Source: Antedon mediterranea (lineage: Eukaryota; Animalia; Echinodermata). Taken from it: 64,000 nt of DNA. The stretch's first letter is position 1; each line of letters opens with the position of its first letter. The stretch is taken from NCBI RefSeq assembly GCF_964355755.1, contig NC_092674.1, positions 16,802,001-16,866,000 on the forward strand. Direction: 5' to 3'. A program made the translations under genes and the position numbers. The notes beneath the pieces are model-generated. The model did not search any database and was not told where the DNA came from. It saw only the letters and a program-made list of their open reading frames with translations. Of this stretch, positions 55,301-62,008 are shown piece by piece.

Positions 55301-58300
55301 ATATAGAAAGACATCATTTAACTCGGATGGTGGAAATTGCAGCAGATTTGGAAGGGTATTCTCATGCAAAATTCTTGCCGCAAAGTGAACAGCAAACTGG
55401 AAGTCACTATAACTTGGCGAAGCTCAGTGACCTGCGCAGTTAAAACACAGCGTTTTAACGGCTAAATGAGCACTCTGCTGCCCGACTGTCCAGGCAGAAC
55501 ATTGCGGTTTACGTGTGATATGTTAAATCCTCCACACAATTGGGGCAATGTACGCTTTTTGATGCATAGTTCGTTGTTAATAATACAAGTGGGGAATCCC
55601 CTTTTAGGACGTGGATTTAATAACCTACCAACTGGTTCTACAACGCTATTTTTCTGTAGTTTGCAAATGAGTGTGTAACTTGAATAGTGTGTAACATTAG
55701 AATAATGGAAAAAACAATATAATAAACAATACAGGTCCATCCTAAATTACATTCATAGTGATGTTGTTCAGGCCCTAGCCAGGGGAAATATTTATGGATT
55801 CGCATTGAATGCGAGCACGCTATTATTAGAGTGTCATTTCCATGGTATCGACATTCACTACAGCAAAAGGGTACGAATTATGTTCACGATGTAATTGTTA
55901 CTGCTACAATTTTATAAAAATGTAAAAGAATTCTATTTATGATCACTAACTTTTTTTTTTTTTTTTTTGTAATTTGTTAACATCACTAGCATGTTATAGT
56001 ATTAAAATGTGTTATATTAGCTGATTTTAAGCACTTAACATGAATTTATCAGAATTATGTGTATTTATTAAAACATTTTATTATTATTTAAATAAAGACA
56101 ATTTAATTATCTATCCATTAAGACCATTTTCAAATTATTATGGCTAAAACTTAATTAATTCTTAATTAATTCTTTTACATTTTCATAAAATGTTGTTATC
56201 ATATAAATGTAAATTTTTCTAAACAATTTAAAAAAAAAAAAAACTTTACGGCCAATAGTTTGTTAATGTACTAGAGCATGCACGCGCAATATTCTTTGCC
56301 GCAACTACTTCTGTACGCTGTGCACATCGATATTTCACCGTAAAATCACATTTTTTATATATAAGAAAAAGTTGAAAGTATTTTGTTGCTCCTATACTTT
56401 ACATGCATTAACGGAGACAAGTTTGACACAATTTGATCTGCATATCACATGACTTTAATCCAATGTCGTAACTCTTTATATATATGGGTCTGGCCTAAAC
56501 CTGTCTGTATTGAGGCATATATGCATCCTAGGCTGGATACTGGGCAGACAGGGGCCTAGCATCTCTACGTAGCCTACTAAACTGGCGCTAATTTCTATTA
56601 CAAAGAAATGAGAAGCCATCTTCCATGAAAATAATGGCAGTCAAAACAAAAACAAATAAATGAATATATAGGCCTAGCCTAGACTAATTTGTATGGTGAG
56701 GATGAAGAAAAAAGGTCTAGATGCTACTCTAACCAAACATGAATCCTAGGCTGGTTACTGGGCAGACCAACAGGGCGCCTAGCATCTCTACCTAGCCAAA
56801 ACTGTGGGGCTATCTACAAGTAGGCATAGTACTCGCACATACAGAATCGTCCGCACAACCAAGGTAATGAAGAGTTATGGGAACTTTTAAGGGACCTCTA
56901 AGGGGTCCCTTAAAAGTTAAGGGGAAAATAGACCAAGTCAAGGATTTCACTTAACCTTAAAACCTTTGTGAATACCACTTAAGTGAAACCCTATTTTCTT
57001 GATTTAAGGGAAACTCTTAGGATTCAAGGGAAATATTTCACTTAAGTGTGATTGGTGAATACGGCCACTGGCCTTTAGCTCGCATAAAATTCATAAAGAA
57101 ATATTCATTAAAATTTGAAGAAAACAAAGGTTACTTACCATCTCTAAATTCAGTTTTTCTGTAGTTCTTAGTAACCTCAATTTGAAATGTATGAAACTCG
57201 CAGATACTGGATGCAAGTCTGGTCAAACTCTGTCGTCCACTCCCACCAATACCTACTAAAAGTATATTACCACGAGGCTGGCAAACAACGCGGATGATAC
57301 GACAAACTGCAATTGAACAAAATCATTAATGATTAAAATTGACAAAATAAAATTCTTAATTCATTGTTTCCATGTAATTTATATTATTATAACTTGGACA
57401 TTTACCATGCTCAATTGCATCTCTAAAAAGTACAAGATCCATCGATATAACACCTGGTGTTGAATTGTAGTCCTCTAATGCTTCTTCCATAAATTTCTTT
57501 AAAGCATTAAATTCTTGAAGATCCTCATAGATTGGAACTTCGCCTTGAGTCATGAAGTCACCAAAAATGGGTGGTTGTTTGTTGGGACAGATGTTATGAA
57601 AAGTCTGTTCAAAAAGACTACCAAGTTTTTCTGAGAGAATAGTGATGAACGTTTCCATATCATGATCATCAACTAGACGATCTGAAAATACTCTGAGAGA
57701 ATTTGTGTTGCAAAAGTTAATTTTAAAATGTAATTAAAAAATTTAAAAACAAGCCACTGGAACACTTTCAATTTAAGCATAAAACATGATAGGTTTTATG
57801 AAAATCATACATAATTTACACCATCTTTTTAACCAACATACCACACAAAATGTTAAATTTATTTATTCATTTGTCTCAAAATAGAAAAACACCAAGGTAA
57901 TGTAAATAAATACTGTTTTAGCTATCATTTTCTGTAAAAATTAAAAATTAAAAAAAATGTAATTTTCCAGCCTTATTGTTTTTGGTTGTTTCTACAAATC
58001 TGCACATGCGACTTGTGCAATTTCGCTTACATGTGCTATATATTGCAAAAAGATTTGAGTTTGAGTTACCATATTGTCTTTTTTACTTTACTTAGCACCG
58101 TTATAAATCTTGGTTAATGTTTTATATAACAACTGAAATATGGAAAGTATAATCCAGTATTACTGCACTTACAGTATTACAAAGTAATTAGGTATCATTA
58201 TCATTAATTTACCTATAATTTCTCTTATTTGTCTTCTCCTCAATGTCAATATCTTTCCAATATTTAAATACACAGCTAAATACTAACCTGAAGCACTCAT

Positions 58301-61300
58301 GTATCCATAGTCTAGTCATGCTAGCCTTTGTATCATGGAAGTCTTTATGAGCACGTAGCAAACCCTGAAACACTTTACTAATGTCTCTTAAATTAAATAA
58401 GTAATGAATCTTTGCTGGTGTTGGCAAAAATTTCTGCACAATGGCCTGGTACATCTCAAGAGTAGCTTGAGTCATGATGTCACCTATTGGCTTAACATCT
58501 TCTTCAAAATCTTGAAGTTTCTGATTAATCATTGTTCCAAAAATTCGTTTAATTTGGGAGTCCTAAAAATGGAAGTCAGAAAAAGAAGAGTAACAAGCAA
58601 AGTGAGTTTGATGTAAGTTTCAAAATTGTTGAAGGCATTCAATCAATTTAAAAACTACAATATCTAATACATATTGAAAAGTTTTACGGCACACATTTCC
58701 TTAGCGGAAGCTCGAACTTTTGAACTAGTGGGTCGAATTTTTTTGTCCAAAAAGATTTAATAAGATCAAAACAAATCCTATTTTTATATTGTAATTAAAA
58801 ATAGATGTTATAAATATTAGTGTCGGACTTTAAGGTTTTATGTAGCTAATTTAGTTTTATTTGCAGCGTAAATTACGTGAAAACCCCGATTTTTACTGAT
58901 CAAGCTTTAACATTTTGCATCACAACTCCGCTGTTCCTGGAGCGATTTTCTTTGTCCAAAAACTTTTAGCAAGCTTGTAATGTTTGCCAAACAATGATCT
59001 AAAACTTATTTTCATTGGTCAACTATCCTCATTGGACTGGTACCTTTTGTATGAATGAAGCCAATCACAGCAAGTTTTCTTTAAGCACTGGGAGATAGCG
59101 TCACTCGAAATCTATAGCTGAGTCCACGTAGAAGTAGCTTTATAATATCACGCAAAATTGCTGTTTTATAACTTACAAAGCTAGTTAAAGTGTTGATTTT
59201 CTGATTCTACTATTATAAGGTACTAGTTTGATATTATTTATAATTTGTAAAACTTAATAATTATTTAGTAAGAGCTGTTTTAAAAAGTGGTATATTGCCT
59301 ACTGTTTCTGTAGCGGTTTAGCGATAGATTTGGAATGTACCAGTCACATTTTGGTAAAGTGGTTGGTTCATCGGTTGTCAATTTTGAAGTTAAAATGTTT
59401 ATAAAATAGATATAACTTTAATTTCATGACAATTTCAAAACAAAATACTTTACTGTTTATTTTTTTGTTTTACAGATTTTGGATTTTTGAATTGGAAGGC
59501 GTGTTTATTTAGTAGTACAATGGTTGGAAAACAACTTTGACATGTCAAAATATTATAGCAGATATTCTTAGTTTCAGCTACAAACAAAACATATATGTAT
59601 GTAATTTAATAAAATGAAGTTATATAATTTGTGCTAATTCAATTTATTTGTATTTAGTATAGGTATAATGTATGTTTTACTTATGTGCACCAGCACTTGC
59701 TTTGTTGTATACTACTGACTCTACTGATCTGTATAAATAAATCTTAAATATTAATTTGGATGATTAATTTTAATTAATGTTGTGATACTCTGTGATAACA
59801 ATATATAATGTCCAGTTTATATAAAATAAAGTTTATAACTGCAGTCCGTGGATCTATTGTATTTATTTCCAAGTGTTTGTCAATAAGATTACCCTTACTC
59901 TTTTTGAATGGTACACGCCGACTGCTACAGTGAGCAGCCATGGTGTAACCTTCAAACAGAAACTGGATAAAAAAGAAAGAAACTTTTCAATATGCTGTAT
60001 ACAAATATTGCCTGCTTAGAGGTGAAATATAATATTTGACATCCCTTGGGGATGTAACATTTTACATCACTCTGGGATGTCAAATTGTATATTTCACAGA
60101 TATAAAAGGTGATGCTTATGGATCTAAAGATCACAAGTTCGAAATCCAACATTTGTTCATTTTTATTTGTCTGTAATGGCAGATGCCAATTCTTACCCAA
60201 AAATTACTCAGTCAATATAACAAAGATCTTAAGATCTCACTGAATTTTATATGTATAATGACGGGAACACAAGAATTACTCAGTCTAAAAACCATGACGA
60301 TGATGATAATGATCCACCAAACGGTAATTATGTGATGTCATTCTGACCAATCACATATCAAGGCAGACTTGCCCCTAGTTCTGGTGGTGGAACAAGTCAG
60401 ATAAGGACTATAAACCGTAGGTGCAATGTGCACATTTATAACCCGTGTGCACTTTAAAGTTCATTATTCGAGACGAGTAGTGGAGTTACCGCAGTTCACA
60501 AAATAGTCTCTGTATCAGTGGGATTACCACCTATCTTATAGGACAGTGATGAGCATGATAGATTCAAAACATGCGTGCACACAAAATTTGAGTGGCCACA
60601 TGGTGACTTCAGAACATCGGGTAGGTAAACATTTTATATAATAGGTATATTTTTGCACAAATTTGCATTAAATTACCTTTTTTTAGAACATTAAAGTTCA
60701 TCAAAAAAATGAAATCTACTACAGAAGGTATAAAAAAACAAAAATCAATTGCAAAAAAAACATTTTTCTACGCTTTGTACGAGCAGTGCGCACGACGCAA
60801 AACAAAAATTGGAACATTTTAAAATTTTGCGCATATCGAAATATTAAATACGCGTAAGCACGTACATTTTTGTGCAGCATGCTATTTTTATTATGTTAAA
60901 AATTGCTCCATATTATGAAGTACACTTTTGTACAGTTTCATTGAAAAATGAATTTTTGTTCAGAATTTATTATCAACTATAAAATCGCGCTTAACTTACG
61001 CTGCACGATTAACAAAGTTTCTTGCACATCGACAGGTACAGATCAATCTTCTGGCAAAGTTATAATATCTCAGATGTTAAATATTCTTTATTTATTACTA
61101 TTTAGGTATTCATGCTATTTTGACCAATCACGTTCTAGTTATAAAATTATAGAATGTTTTTTTTTATCAGATGATTTTTTACATCATTTAAAATTTGCAT
61201 TAATTTATATAGACAGTTAAAAAAAAACTTACACTTGGGAATGTCATATTGATGAGATTAAACCTGCTTTGTAGTCTCTTAGTGATTACCATTCTACCAC

Positions 61301-62008
61301 CCCCTGGTGGTCCCATGGAGGCTAAAAGCTGCATATCTTTAATACACTTTGTGGTTTGCTTGAGACGATCATACCAGAATCCATAATCCATCCACAGTTT
61401 CATGAGTTCAAGTGGGGGCTGTGAACCAAATGTGTCTTTGGCAGGCATATTAAAATCATCCATAAAAGTTATAAGTTTCTTGCCACCAATTGGAACATAC
61501 ACACCTATGTAAACAAGGCAATTTTAAATGTCAATAAATAAAAATAAGTAAAGTGCCTGGAAAATTAACAGGCCACCTGTACTGTGAAATATTCGTTTAA
61601 TTCCTTTAGCCTCCCACACTTTAATTGGATAAATTGGAGGTTTAAGTATGTATGTTCTTCACAAAAAATATTGTATACTAGTTTAGTATTCAAAATGTCG
61701 AGTTTGCAAACATTTAATTAAATCCTAAATAAAAGCATAGTTGCAAGTTACCTTTAGTACGTTTTTCAACCCTGCTCTCAATGATGTCTTGCACATTGCT
61801 AGATGTTGTCTGTGCAGACATGTTAATTGTCAACACACTATATTTGTTTGAATCCATATGGCCTAAAACATTCTGAGCTACAGAAGTTTTTCCTGTTCCT
61901 ACTGGGCCACAGAGTAAAACTGGCTGCACTCGCTGAATTAAACGGCGTACAATAAAATCATAGCGTACAGTATCCACAGTGGGGACAATAATCTTGTAGA
62001 AAGGAGAG
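4266..62008 (-). CDS. DNAH2: Dynein axonemal heavy chain 2-like gene, internal portion (23 exons in window; both gene ends outside window)
   Basis: Spliced exons give a continuous frame: SPFYKIIVPTVDTVRY..GPVGTGKT (AAA3), GIGGSGRQSL (AAA4), stalk coiled coil and MTBD (ALESLNKKDVGEIKSYAKPP), RWPLMVDPQGQA (AAA5), PLIFVLSTGV (AAA6). All introns are GT-AG with matching phases. Paralogue assignment is from recalled similarity to DNAH2. Confidence 0.92.
4527..4641 (-). CDS. DNAH2: DNAH2-like exon
   Basis: atttag|GEWDNACNELQRMLIVRSLRPDRVSF..NNLGS|gtaagt; not in ORF track. Confidence 0.9.
4672..4812 (-). repeat. Penelope pseudo-LTR fragment (family A), duplicate of 5116-5255
   Basis: Near-identical direct repeat flanked by ATAGGCTTATAT duplications in TA-rich sequence. 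Confidence 0.8.
4897..4941 (+). ncRNA. Minimal type-I hammerhead ribozyme (family B)
   Basis: ctgca CTGACGA gattt-aaca-agatc GAA acagtactgt C tgcag: canonical core, 5-bp stem I, 5-bp stem II, palindromic stem III, GUC site. Confidence 0.85.
4955..4998 (+). ncRNA. Minimal type-I hammerhead ribozyme (family C), tandem to family B motif
   Basis: gcac CTGAAGA t-tgag-ttcata-ctca-t GAA acagcctgt A gtgc; GUA site; U-U at base of stem II. Confidence 0.72.
5054..5865 (-). mobile_element. 5'-truncated Penelope-like element (GIY-YIG end plus pseudo-LTR with hammerhead), inserted in (TA)n
   Basis: 5862-5501 encodes INCLTKNVIYLIYCNICGKQYVGETK..RMTQHR..VAEHFN..KENHW..PFGLN; (TA)n on both sides. Confidence 0.88.
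5247..5283 (-). ncRNA. Minimal type-I hammerhead ribozyme (family A) in PLE 3' UTR
   Basis: gca CTGATGA a gggc-tagtgtt-gccc GAA agct C tgc; palindromic AGCU stem III. Confidence 0.82.
5890..6060. repeat. Unclassified repeat with internal palindrome; related inverted copy at about 36370-36533
   Basis: tacaagtaatgaatgtttatgagtg..gtgaaagatgaaa..tttcatctttcac; reverse-complement similarity to 36370-36533. Confidence 0.5.
7320..7760 (+). mobile_element. CR1-group LINE 3' fragment, related to the LINE at 14.3-17.7 kb
   Basis: KLLGVTIQDNMKWDMHV and YIRPIFEYACSVWHGAIT..IEAVQKIALRTILG resemble the C-terminus of ORF 14483-17530. Confidence 0.8.
7865..7965 (-). CDS. DNAH2: DNAH2-like exon
   Basis: tggtag|LANFHGLVQSFEQYPRDWHIWYTSAEPESAPLP|gtaaaa; not in ORF track. 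Confidence 0.9.
8750..9025. mobile_element. Palindromic MITE-like element built of GACCACCTCT-type subrepeats
   Basis: 8750-8789 is the near-perfect reverse complement of 8882-8921; repeated agaggtggtcg units in the right arm. Confidence 0.55.
9088..9200. repeat. Short tandem repeats (ctacattagctg..) ending TGTAACA, likely non-autonomous DNA transposon end
   Basis: Five ctacat(t/c)agc units at 20-29 bp spacing. Confidence 0.45.
10123..10208 (-). CDS. DNAH2: DNAH2-like exon
   Basis: ttatag|VLDSEGQIDNPCGSWLADSSWDNITELD|gtaagt; not in ORF track. Confidence 0.9.
10363..10952. repeat. Unclassified dispersed repeat with internal tRNA-like A/B boxes; partial copies at 43768-44035 and 59997-60070
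   Basis: Shared gaaaattacacagtcaatatcat..gtatttacataggctatgtaatat and atattgcctgcttagagg..tttgacatccc; tggcgcagcgg/gttcaagtc boxes at 10660-10722. Confidence 0.6.
11935..12140 (-). mobile_element. Degenerate SINE (CORE-like body, L2-type tail)
   Basis: Minus strand has tgcctctctccgccaaggtgtacaaatgggta, then the same body and tail as 12620-12773. Confidence 0.55.
12163..12478. repeat. Compound minisatellite (tgtgctatccatttgaa.. / tagaataatgtacagtac..), resumes at about 12990-13160
   Basis: Repeated units of about 21 bp and about 60 bp visible directly. Confidence 0.75.
12620..12773 (+). mobile_element. SINE/LINE 3' end with L2-type stem-loop and (TTA)n tail
   Basis: gtaaaagcgcctttgagc..gaaaagggcgctatataaat..(att)n; similar tails at about 51755-51800 and 62370-62415. 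Confidence 0.65.
13994..14120 (-). CDS. DNAH2: DNAH2-like exon
   Basis: taatag|RFTCRGLFEKHKLLFSF..FFLRGGI|gtaagt. Confidence 0.93.
14305..17659 (-). mobile_element. Apparently full-length single-ORF CR1-group (L2/Daphne/Rex-Babar-like) LINE
   Basis: Intact ORF; 7-bp direct repeat TGGTTAA at 14298-14304 and 17660-17666; 3' UTR hairpin at 14348-14382, AATAAA and (AAT)n tail. Confidence 0.88.
14483..17530 (-). CDS. LINE polyprotein: APE endonuclease + reverse transcriptase (1015 aa; true ATG probably further downstream, e.g. MKSARP)
   Basis: APE motifs TNAQSL, VFTESW, GGGVAIY, MGDFN, LDLIL, SDH; RT motifs LRPISIT, DFSKAFD, GVPQGTKLGP, KYVDD. Confidence 0.95.
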   Translation of the reverse strand: MDLIIAFFPDISIHFLIFILFSMKSARPRPMPDQACSTCSTNSCMPCCSQLTPGSTNSWIPTRPRLRPSKRGRRGGSHIHRRIPVRISYYASLPNSNKRRKNFTHFLHRQLINIPLSNNVGAKDRPSSCQLPLFLLTNAQSLCNKHDELSLLLNTQGVDVGVFTESWYGPHICNAQIHVQGYSFFGKCREDRRGGGVAIYVKDNIDCAILDIPVPPELEVIWINLKCSRLPRGMSSIVVCAIYITTDSPYQLLLERHICETIDLIRSRSLQTGFCIMGDFNRMNINYILRNNCLKQIVNFPTRELATLDLILTNFETKYHTPEAMSPLGFSDHICILWKPKVQAIKNVVKSISVRPLYDTRIRSFGTWIVSQNWNDIYSCISTQSKVDAFYYKLITAINKFFPLKNIKTHNTDKPWLTQNIRNSISERQKAFKSNNLTHWKACRNKVKREIIKAKVKFNVDRVRHLQKTDPGKWHQQVRVMTNTKKIDLNIPVPEISPLDHKSIANVINDLFTNISAHIPFLNKTQLPAFLPSDKPAPKLHPWDIYKKLRSIKENKACGPDLVPPKIVKLFAMEFCEPLCDILNCSFSEGIVPSQWKKAVVVPVPKVQPPTIDKLRPISITSVFAKVAEEFITDWILQDISSKIDVNQFGNVKGLSTAHYLTHLVHYLCQGAENKHNVGTMVLTDFSKAFDLIDHTILVNKIIDIGVRGALVPWLCDFLFMRMQCVKYNGTLSNYSYLKAGVPQGTKLGPLCFQIMINDAGTNAKTKYLKYVDDLTFCENRKLSLPGFLQDDLNSFFRWCNDNCLVLNPKKCQALKVCFSSTQPSHVDIHLGTDKLQYVNKAKILGVFFQDNLKWDCHIDSIITKASRKLFFLRSLKRFGFNIEELKLTFCGYIRPVVEYADVVWHSGLSSRLSDCIENVQKRACRIMLGNDYFSYSGALEFLKLETLAQRRVEHCRKFAEYLPKIKQTADLIPPTRHSCHGRNLRNKNKITQLASKTSRFTNSPIPYFIKLLNS
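18274..18473 (-). CDS. DNAH2: DNAH2-like exon
   Basis: ttgcag|GYRSCAQRASILFF..DPMYQFSLDAY..TYSVY|gtagtg. Confidence 0.93.
19718..19862 (-). CDS. DNAH2: DNAH2-like exon (buttress)
   Basis: gcacag|RLLNEATGSLLDDEQLVNTLQSSK..KIDAARE|gtaggt. Confidence 0.93.
20144..20426 (-). CDS. DNAH2: DNAH2-like exon (AAA5)
   Basis: ttatag|GNRMTIRVGDKELDYNPEFKFYITTKLSNPHYTPE..ELEDEIL|gtgttt. Confidence 0.93.
22166..24656 (+). pseudogene. hAT transposase pseudogene (2 exons; intron 22384-22778; at least 3 frame disruptions)
   Basis: Exon 1 zinc finger F..EW..FPF..FCTIC..DVAVH joins RTQKH; catalytic motifs FSIMIDGSND, DNTNTN, GCPCH, VRWLS; dimerisation motif IPHSNAGEERVFS; breaks near 22220, 23925 and 24300. 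Confidence 0.88.
24897..25448 (-). mobile_element. Helentron-associated (HINE/DINE-1-like) non-autonomous element, copy 1
   Basis: Minus strand: TTACCTCCGCCAAAGAGGTT, GT-rich microsatellite, subterminal GGCAGAGGT, hairpin GTACTC-TCG-GAGTAC, CTAGTT end. Confidence 0.72.
28189..30393 (+). pseudogene. PLE RT + GIY-YIG endonuclease, split by frameshifts near 28420 and 29043
   Basis: NLSSYQLS..VLSRGLQF, KPDKGSGVV, YGLPKTHK..IRPILS, SYDVVSLFTNVP, GVAMGSPLGP, YRRYVDD, VVYKFQCGLCDTNYVGYT..RINEH..E..PTLN. Confidence 0.92.
30496..30536 (+). ncRNA. Variant minimal hammerhead (U3-A8 core, family E) in PLE 3' UTR
   Basis: gatc TTGAAAA t ggt..acc GAA acgt C gatc. Confidence 0.6.
31650..31867 (-). CDS. 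DNAH2: DNAH2-like exon (AAA5)
   Basis: tactag|RWPLMVDPQGQAIKWIKNME..ELDPSLSPIL..VVKT|gtgagt. Confidence 0.93.
31940..32410 (+). mobile_element. Penelope family A pseudo-LTR with short inverted duplication
   Basis: 31940-32299 is similar to the reverse complement of 5145-5477; 32300-32340 is an inverted copy; 32353-32410 matches 5060-5113. Confidence 0.82.
32159..32195 (+). ncRNA. Minimal type-I hammerhead ribozyme (family A)
   Basis: gcaCTGATGAagggctagtgttgcccGAAagctCtgc, identical to the reverse complement of 5247-5283. Confidence 0.82.
32463..32535 (-). tRNA. tRNA-like gene or pseudogene with ATC (Asp-type) anticodon
   Basis: GCTCCAG TG GTCT-AATGGTTA-GGAC A TCTGC-ATATCAA-GCAGA AGGTT CCGAG-TTCGAGT-CTCGG CTGGGGT G, then AC and TTTTT; full cloverleaf with A and B boxes. 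Confidence 0.6.
33284..33330 (-). ncRNA. Type-I hammerhead (family C, second copy, 3-nt insertion in stem III)
   Basis: gcac CTGAAGA ttgagttcatactcat GAA acag-cctg-ttgt A gtgc. Confidence 0.68.
33618..33892 (-). CDS. DNAH2: DNAH2-like exon
   Basis: tattag|ELEENMVYLVGDCLVAAGFLSYMGPF..WNIQGLPSDSFSTENG..RGN|gtaata. Confidence 0.93.
34577..34616 (-). ncRNA. Minimal type-I hammerhead ribozyme (family D)
   Basis: ctc CTGAGGA c gatcaa-agcata-ttgatc GAA acgt C gag; 6-bp stem II, palindromic ACGU stem III. Confidence 0.8.
34858..36110 (+). mobile_element. Degraded R4/Dong-type non-LTR retrotransposon (RT + restriction-like endonuclease)
   Basis: GIFQGDSLSP, LFMDDLKFY, INAW, RHDKVA, WDMTVYTDKKLKHNRPDI, LVDIAVPAD, EKEEKY, IPIVIGTLG across broken frames. 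Confidence 0.85.
37699..38056 (+). mobile_element. tRNA-derived SINE with Deu(Nin)-like central domain
   Basis: A box tggccaagcgg, B box ggttcgaggc, core tcggataaggactataaaccgtaggtcc..ttaaagaacc..gagtagggggttaccccggtg, (AAAT)n tail. Confidence 0.78.
38060..38482 (-). mobile_element. Putative non-autonomous Helitron 5' part (copy 2, diverged, interrupted by the SINE)
   Basis: Similar to 1-481 and 50890-51390; homology to 50790-50885 resumes at 37600-37676 on the other side of the SINE. Confidence 0.6.
38830..38994 (-). CDS. DNAH2: DNAH2-like exon (stalk CC2)
   Basis: ttatag|VTDRMENLKKQY..KLDRAGKLVSGLAGERERWEMNVE|gtacac. Confidence 0.92.
39253..39539 (-). CDS. DNAH2: DNAH2-like exon (MTBD/CC2)
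   Basis: atacag|GNQNFIKELVEFDKEN..AAKSLCMWVRAM..VVEPKR..LKE|gtacgg. Confidence 0.93.
41019..41160 (-). CDS. DNAH2: DNAH2-like exon (microtubule-binding domain)
   Basis: ttctag|ALESLNKKDVGEIKSYAKPPGLVEKVMEAVMIL..TWAEAKRQL|gtatgt. Confidence 0.92.
41636..42229 (-). mobile_element. Non-autonomous Helitron
   Basis: Minus strand starts TCTATATATAAAT, ends with a GC-rich hairpin (41641-41660) and CTAG; inserted between A and T. Confidence 0.72.
42669..42738. repeat. 19-bp tandem repeat, about 3.5 copies
   Basis: atagagttacgacatcaca units. Confidence 0.75.
42944..42980 (-). ncRNA. Family A hammerhead with C3-to-U change, in a pseudo-LTR fragment (about 42890-42998)
   Basis: gca TTGATGA agggctagtgttgccc GAA agct C tgc. 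Confidence 0.6.
44087..44203 (-). CDS. DNAH2: DNAH2-like exon (stalk CC1)
   Basis: attcag|SVQARSEKIAEEEVRC..DLAEALPALQEAVK|gtaaaa. Confidence 0.92.
44640..44940 (-). mobile_element. Degenerate tRNA-derived SINE
   Basis: Minus strand has B-box-like ggttcaagg and gtgcactttaaagaaccc, shared with the SINE at 37699. Confidence 0.45.
45091..45301 (-). CDS. DNAH2: DNAH2-like exon (stalk CC1)
   Basis: acttag|LLSEKRKDLGDAANKLRNGLQKI..EADEQQK|gtatag. Confidence 0.92.
45834..45973 (-). CDS. DNAH2: DNAH2-like exon
   Basis: ccttag|IKTNVAQIFCTIHRSV..KRHNYVTPTNYLELVTGYK|gtaagt. Confidence 0.92.
46112..46244 (-). CDS. DNAH2: DNAH2-like exon
   Basis: ttttag|[27 protein letters not shown]..GEAEE|gttagt. 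Confidence 0.92.
47243..47780. mobile_element. MULE-type MITE with TIRs of about 58 bp and a 9-bp TSD
   Basis: TIRs CGCAGTGGCTGTATCTACGCCTAGTCGTA.. / ..TACGACTAGGCGTAGAGGCAGCCAGTTCG; TAAATAAAA at 47234-47242 and 47781-47789. Confidence 0.78.
47393..47698. repeat. Tandem array, 34 bp x 9
   Basis: ATCCACTGATATCATAACATATTAGTATTTTATT; eight identical units, last unit has one substitution. Confidence 0.97.
48209..52681. mobile_element. Foldback-like non-autonomous DNA transposon with inverted arms of about 0.8-1.1 kb, TA flanks
   Basis: TA|CTCTAGTAGCTAGATCAACTTTCG.. and its reverse complement ending at 52681|TA; arms about 48209-49265 and 51568-52681, built of modular subrepeats. Confidence 0.82.
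50790..51390 (-). mobile_element. Putative non-autonomous Helitron 5' part (copy 3), nested in the foldback element
   Basis: Near-identical to 1-481; A|TCTATATATAAA start; 3' end not resolved. Confidence 0.6.
53113..53413 (-). CDS. DNAH2: DNAH2-like exon (AAA4)
   Basis: tgtcag|DLKRLYMQAGVENKP..SGEVPNLY..LHVVLCMSPVGDPF|gtaggt. Confidence 0.93.
53916..54587 (-). mobile_element. HINE/DINE-1-like non-autonomous Helentron, copy 2
   Basis: Same ends as 24897-25448: TTACCTCCGCCAAGGAGGT, (GTTT)n, GGCGGAGGT, hairpin CACTC-TCG-GAGTG, CTAGTT; different middle. Confidence 0.72.
56880..57066. repeat. MITE-like fragment with palindromic subrepeats
   Basis: cttttaagggacc..ggtcccttaaaag palindrome, cacttaagtg units, terminus ..gtgaatacggcc; only one end seen. 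Confidence 0.35.
57139..57306 (-). CDS. DNAH2: DNAH2-like exon (AAA4 P-loop)
   Basis: ttgcag|VCRIIRVVCQPRGNILLVGIGGSGRQSLTRLA..KTEFRD|gtaagt; not in ORF track. Confidence 0.92.
57406..57692 (-). CDS. DNAH2: DNAH2-like exon
   Basis: tctcag|RVFSDRLVDDHDMETF..MDLVLFRDAIEH|gtaaat. Confidence 0.93.
58288..58562 (-). CDS. DNAH2: DNAH2-like exon
   Basis: ttttag|DSQIKRIFGTMINQKL..LPTPAKIHYLFNLRDISKVFQG..WIHECF|gttagt. Confidence 0.93.
60378..60495 (+). mobile_element. Degenerate Deu-domain SINE fragment
   Basis: gttctggtgg..gataaggactataaaccgtagg..gcactttaaag..ttcgagacgagtag matches 37785-37900. Confidence 0.7.
61233..61504 (-). CDS. DNAH2: DNAH2-like exon (AAA3 Walker B)
   Basis: acatag|GVYVPIGGKKLITFMDDFNMPAKDTFGSQPPLEL..NMTFPS|gtaagt. 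Confidence 0.93.
61752..62008 (-). CDS. DNAH2: DNAH2-like exon (AAA3 Walker A)
   Basis: ctgtag|..SPFYKIIVPTVDTVRY..GPVGTGKTS..VEKRTK|gtaact. Confidence 0.93.

Noticed and set aside
57230-57262. AAA4 Walker A reads GIGGSGRQ (Arg in place of Lys)
   Set aside because: This is a common state in axonemal dynein AAA4, including DNAH2 as I recall it; not evidence of pseudogenisation
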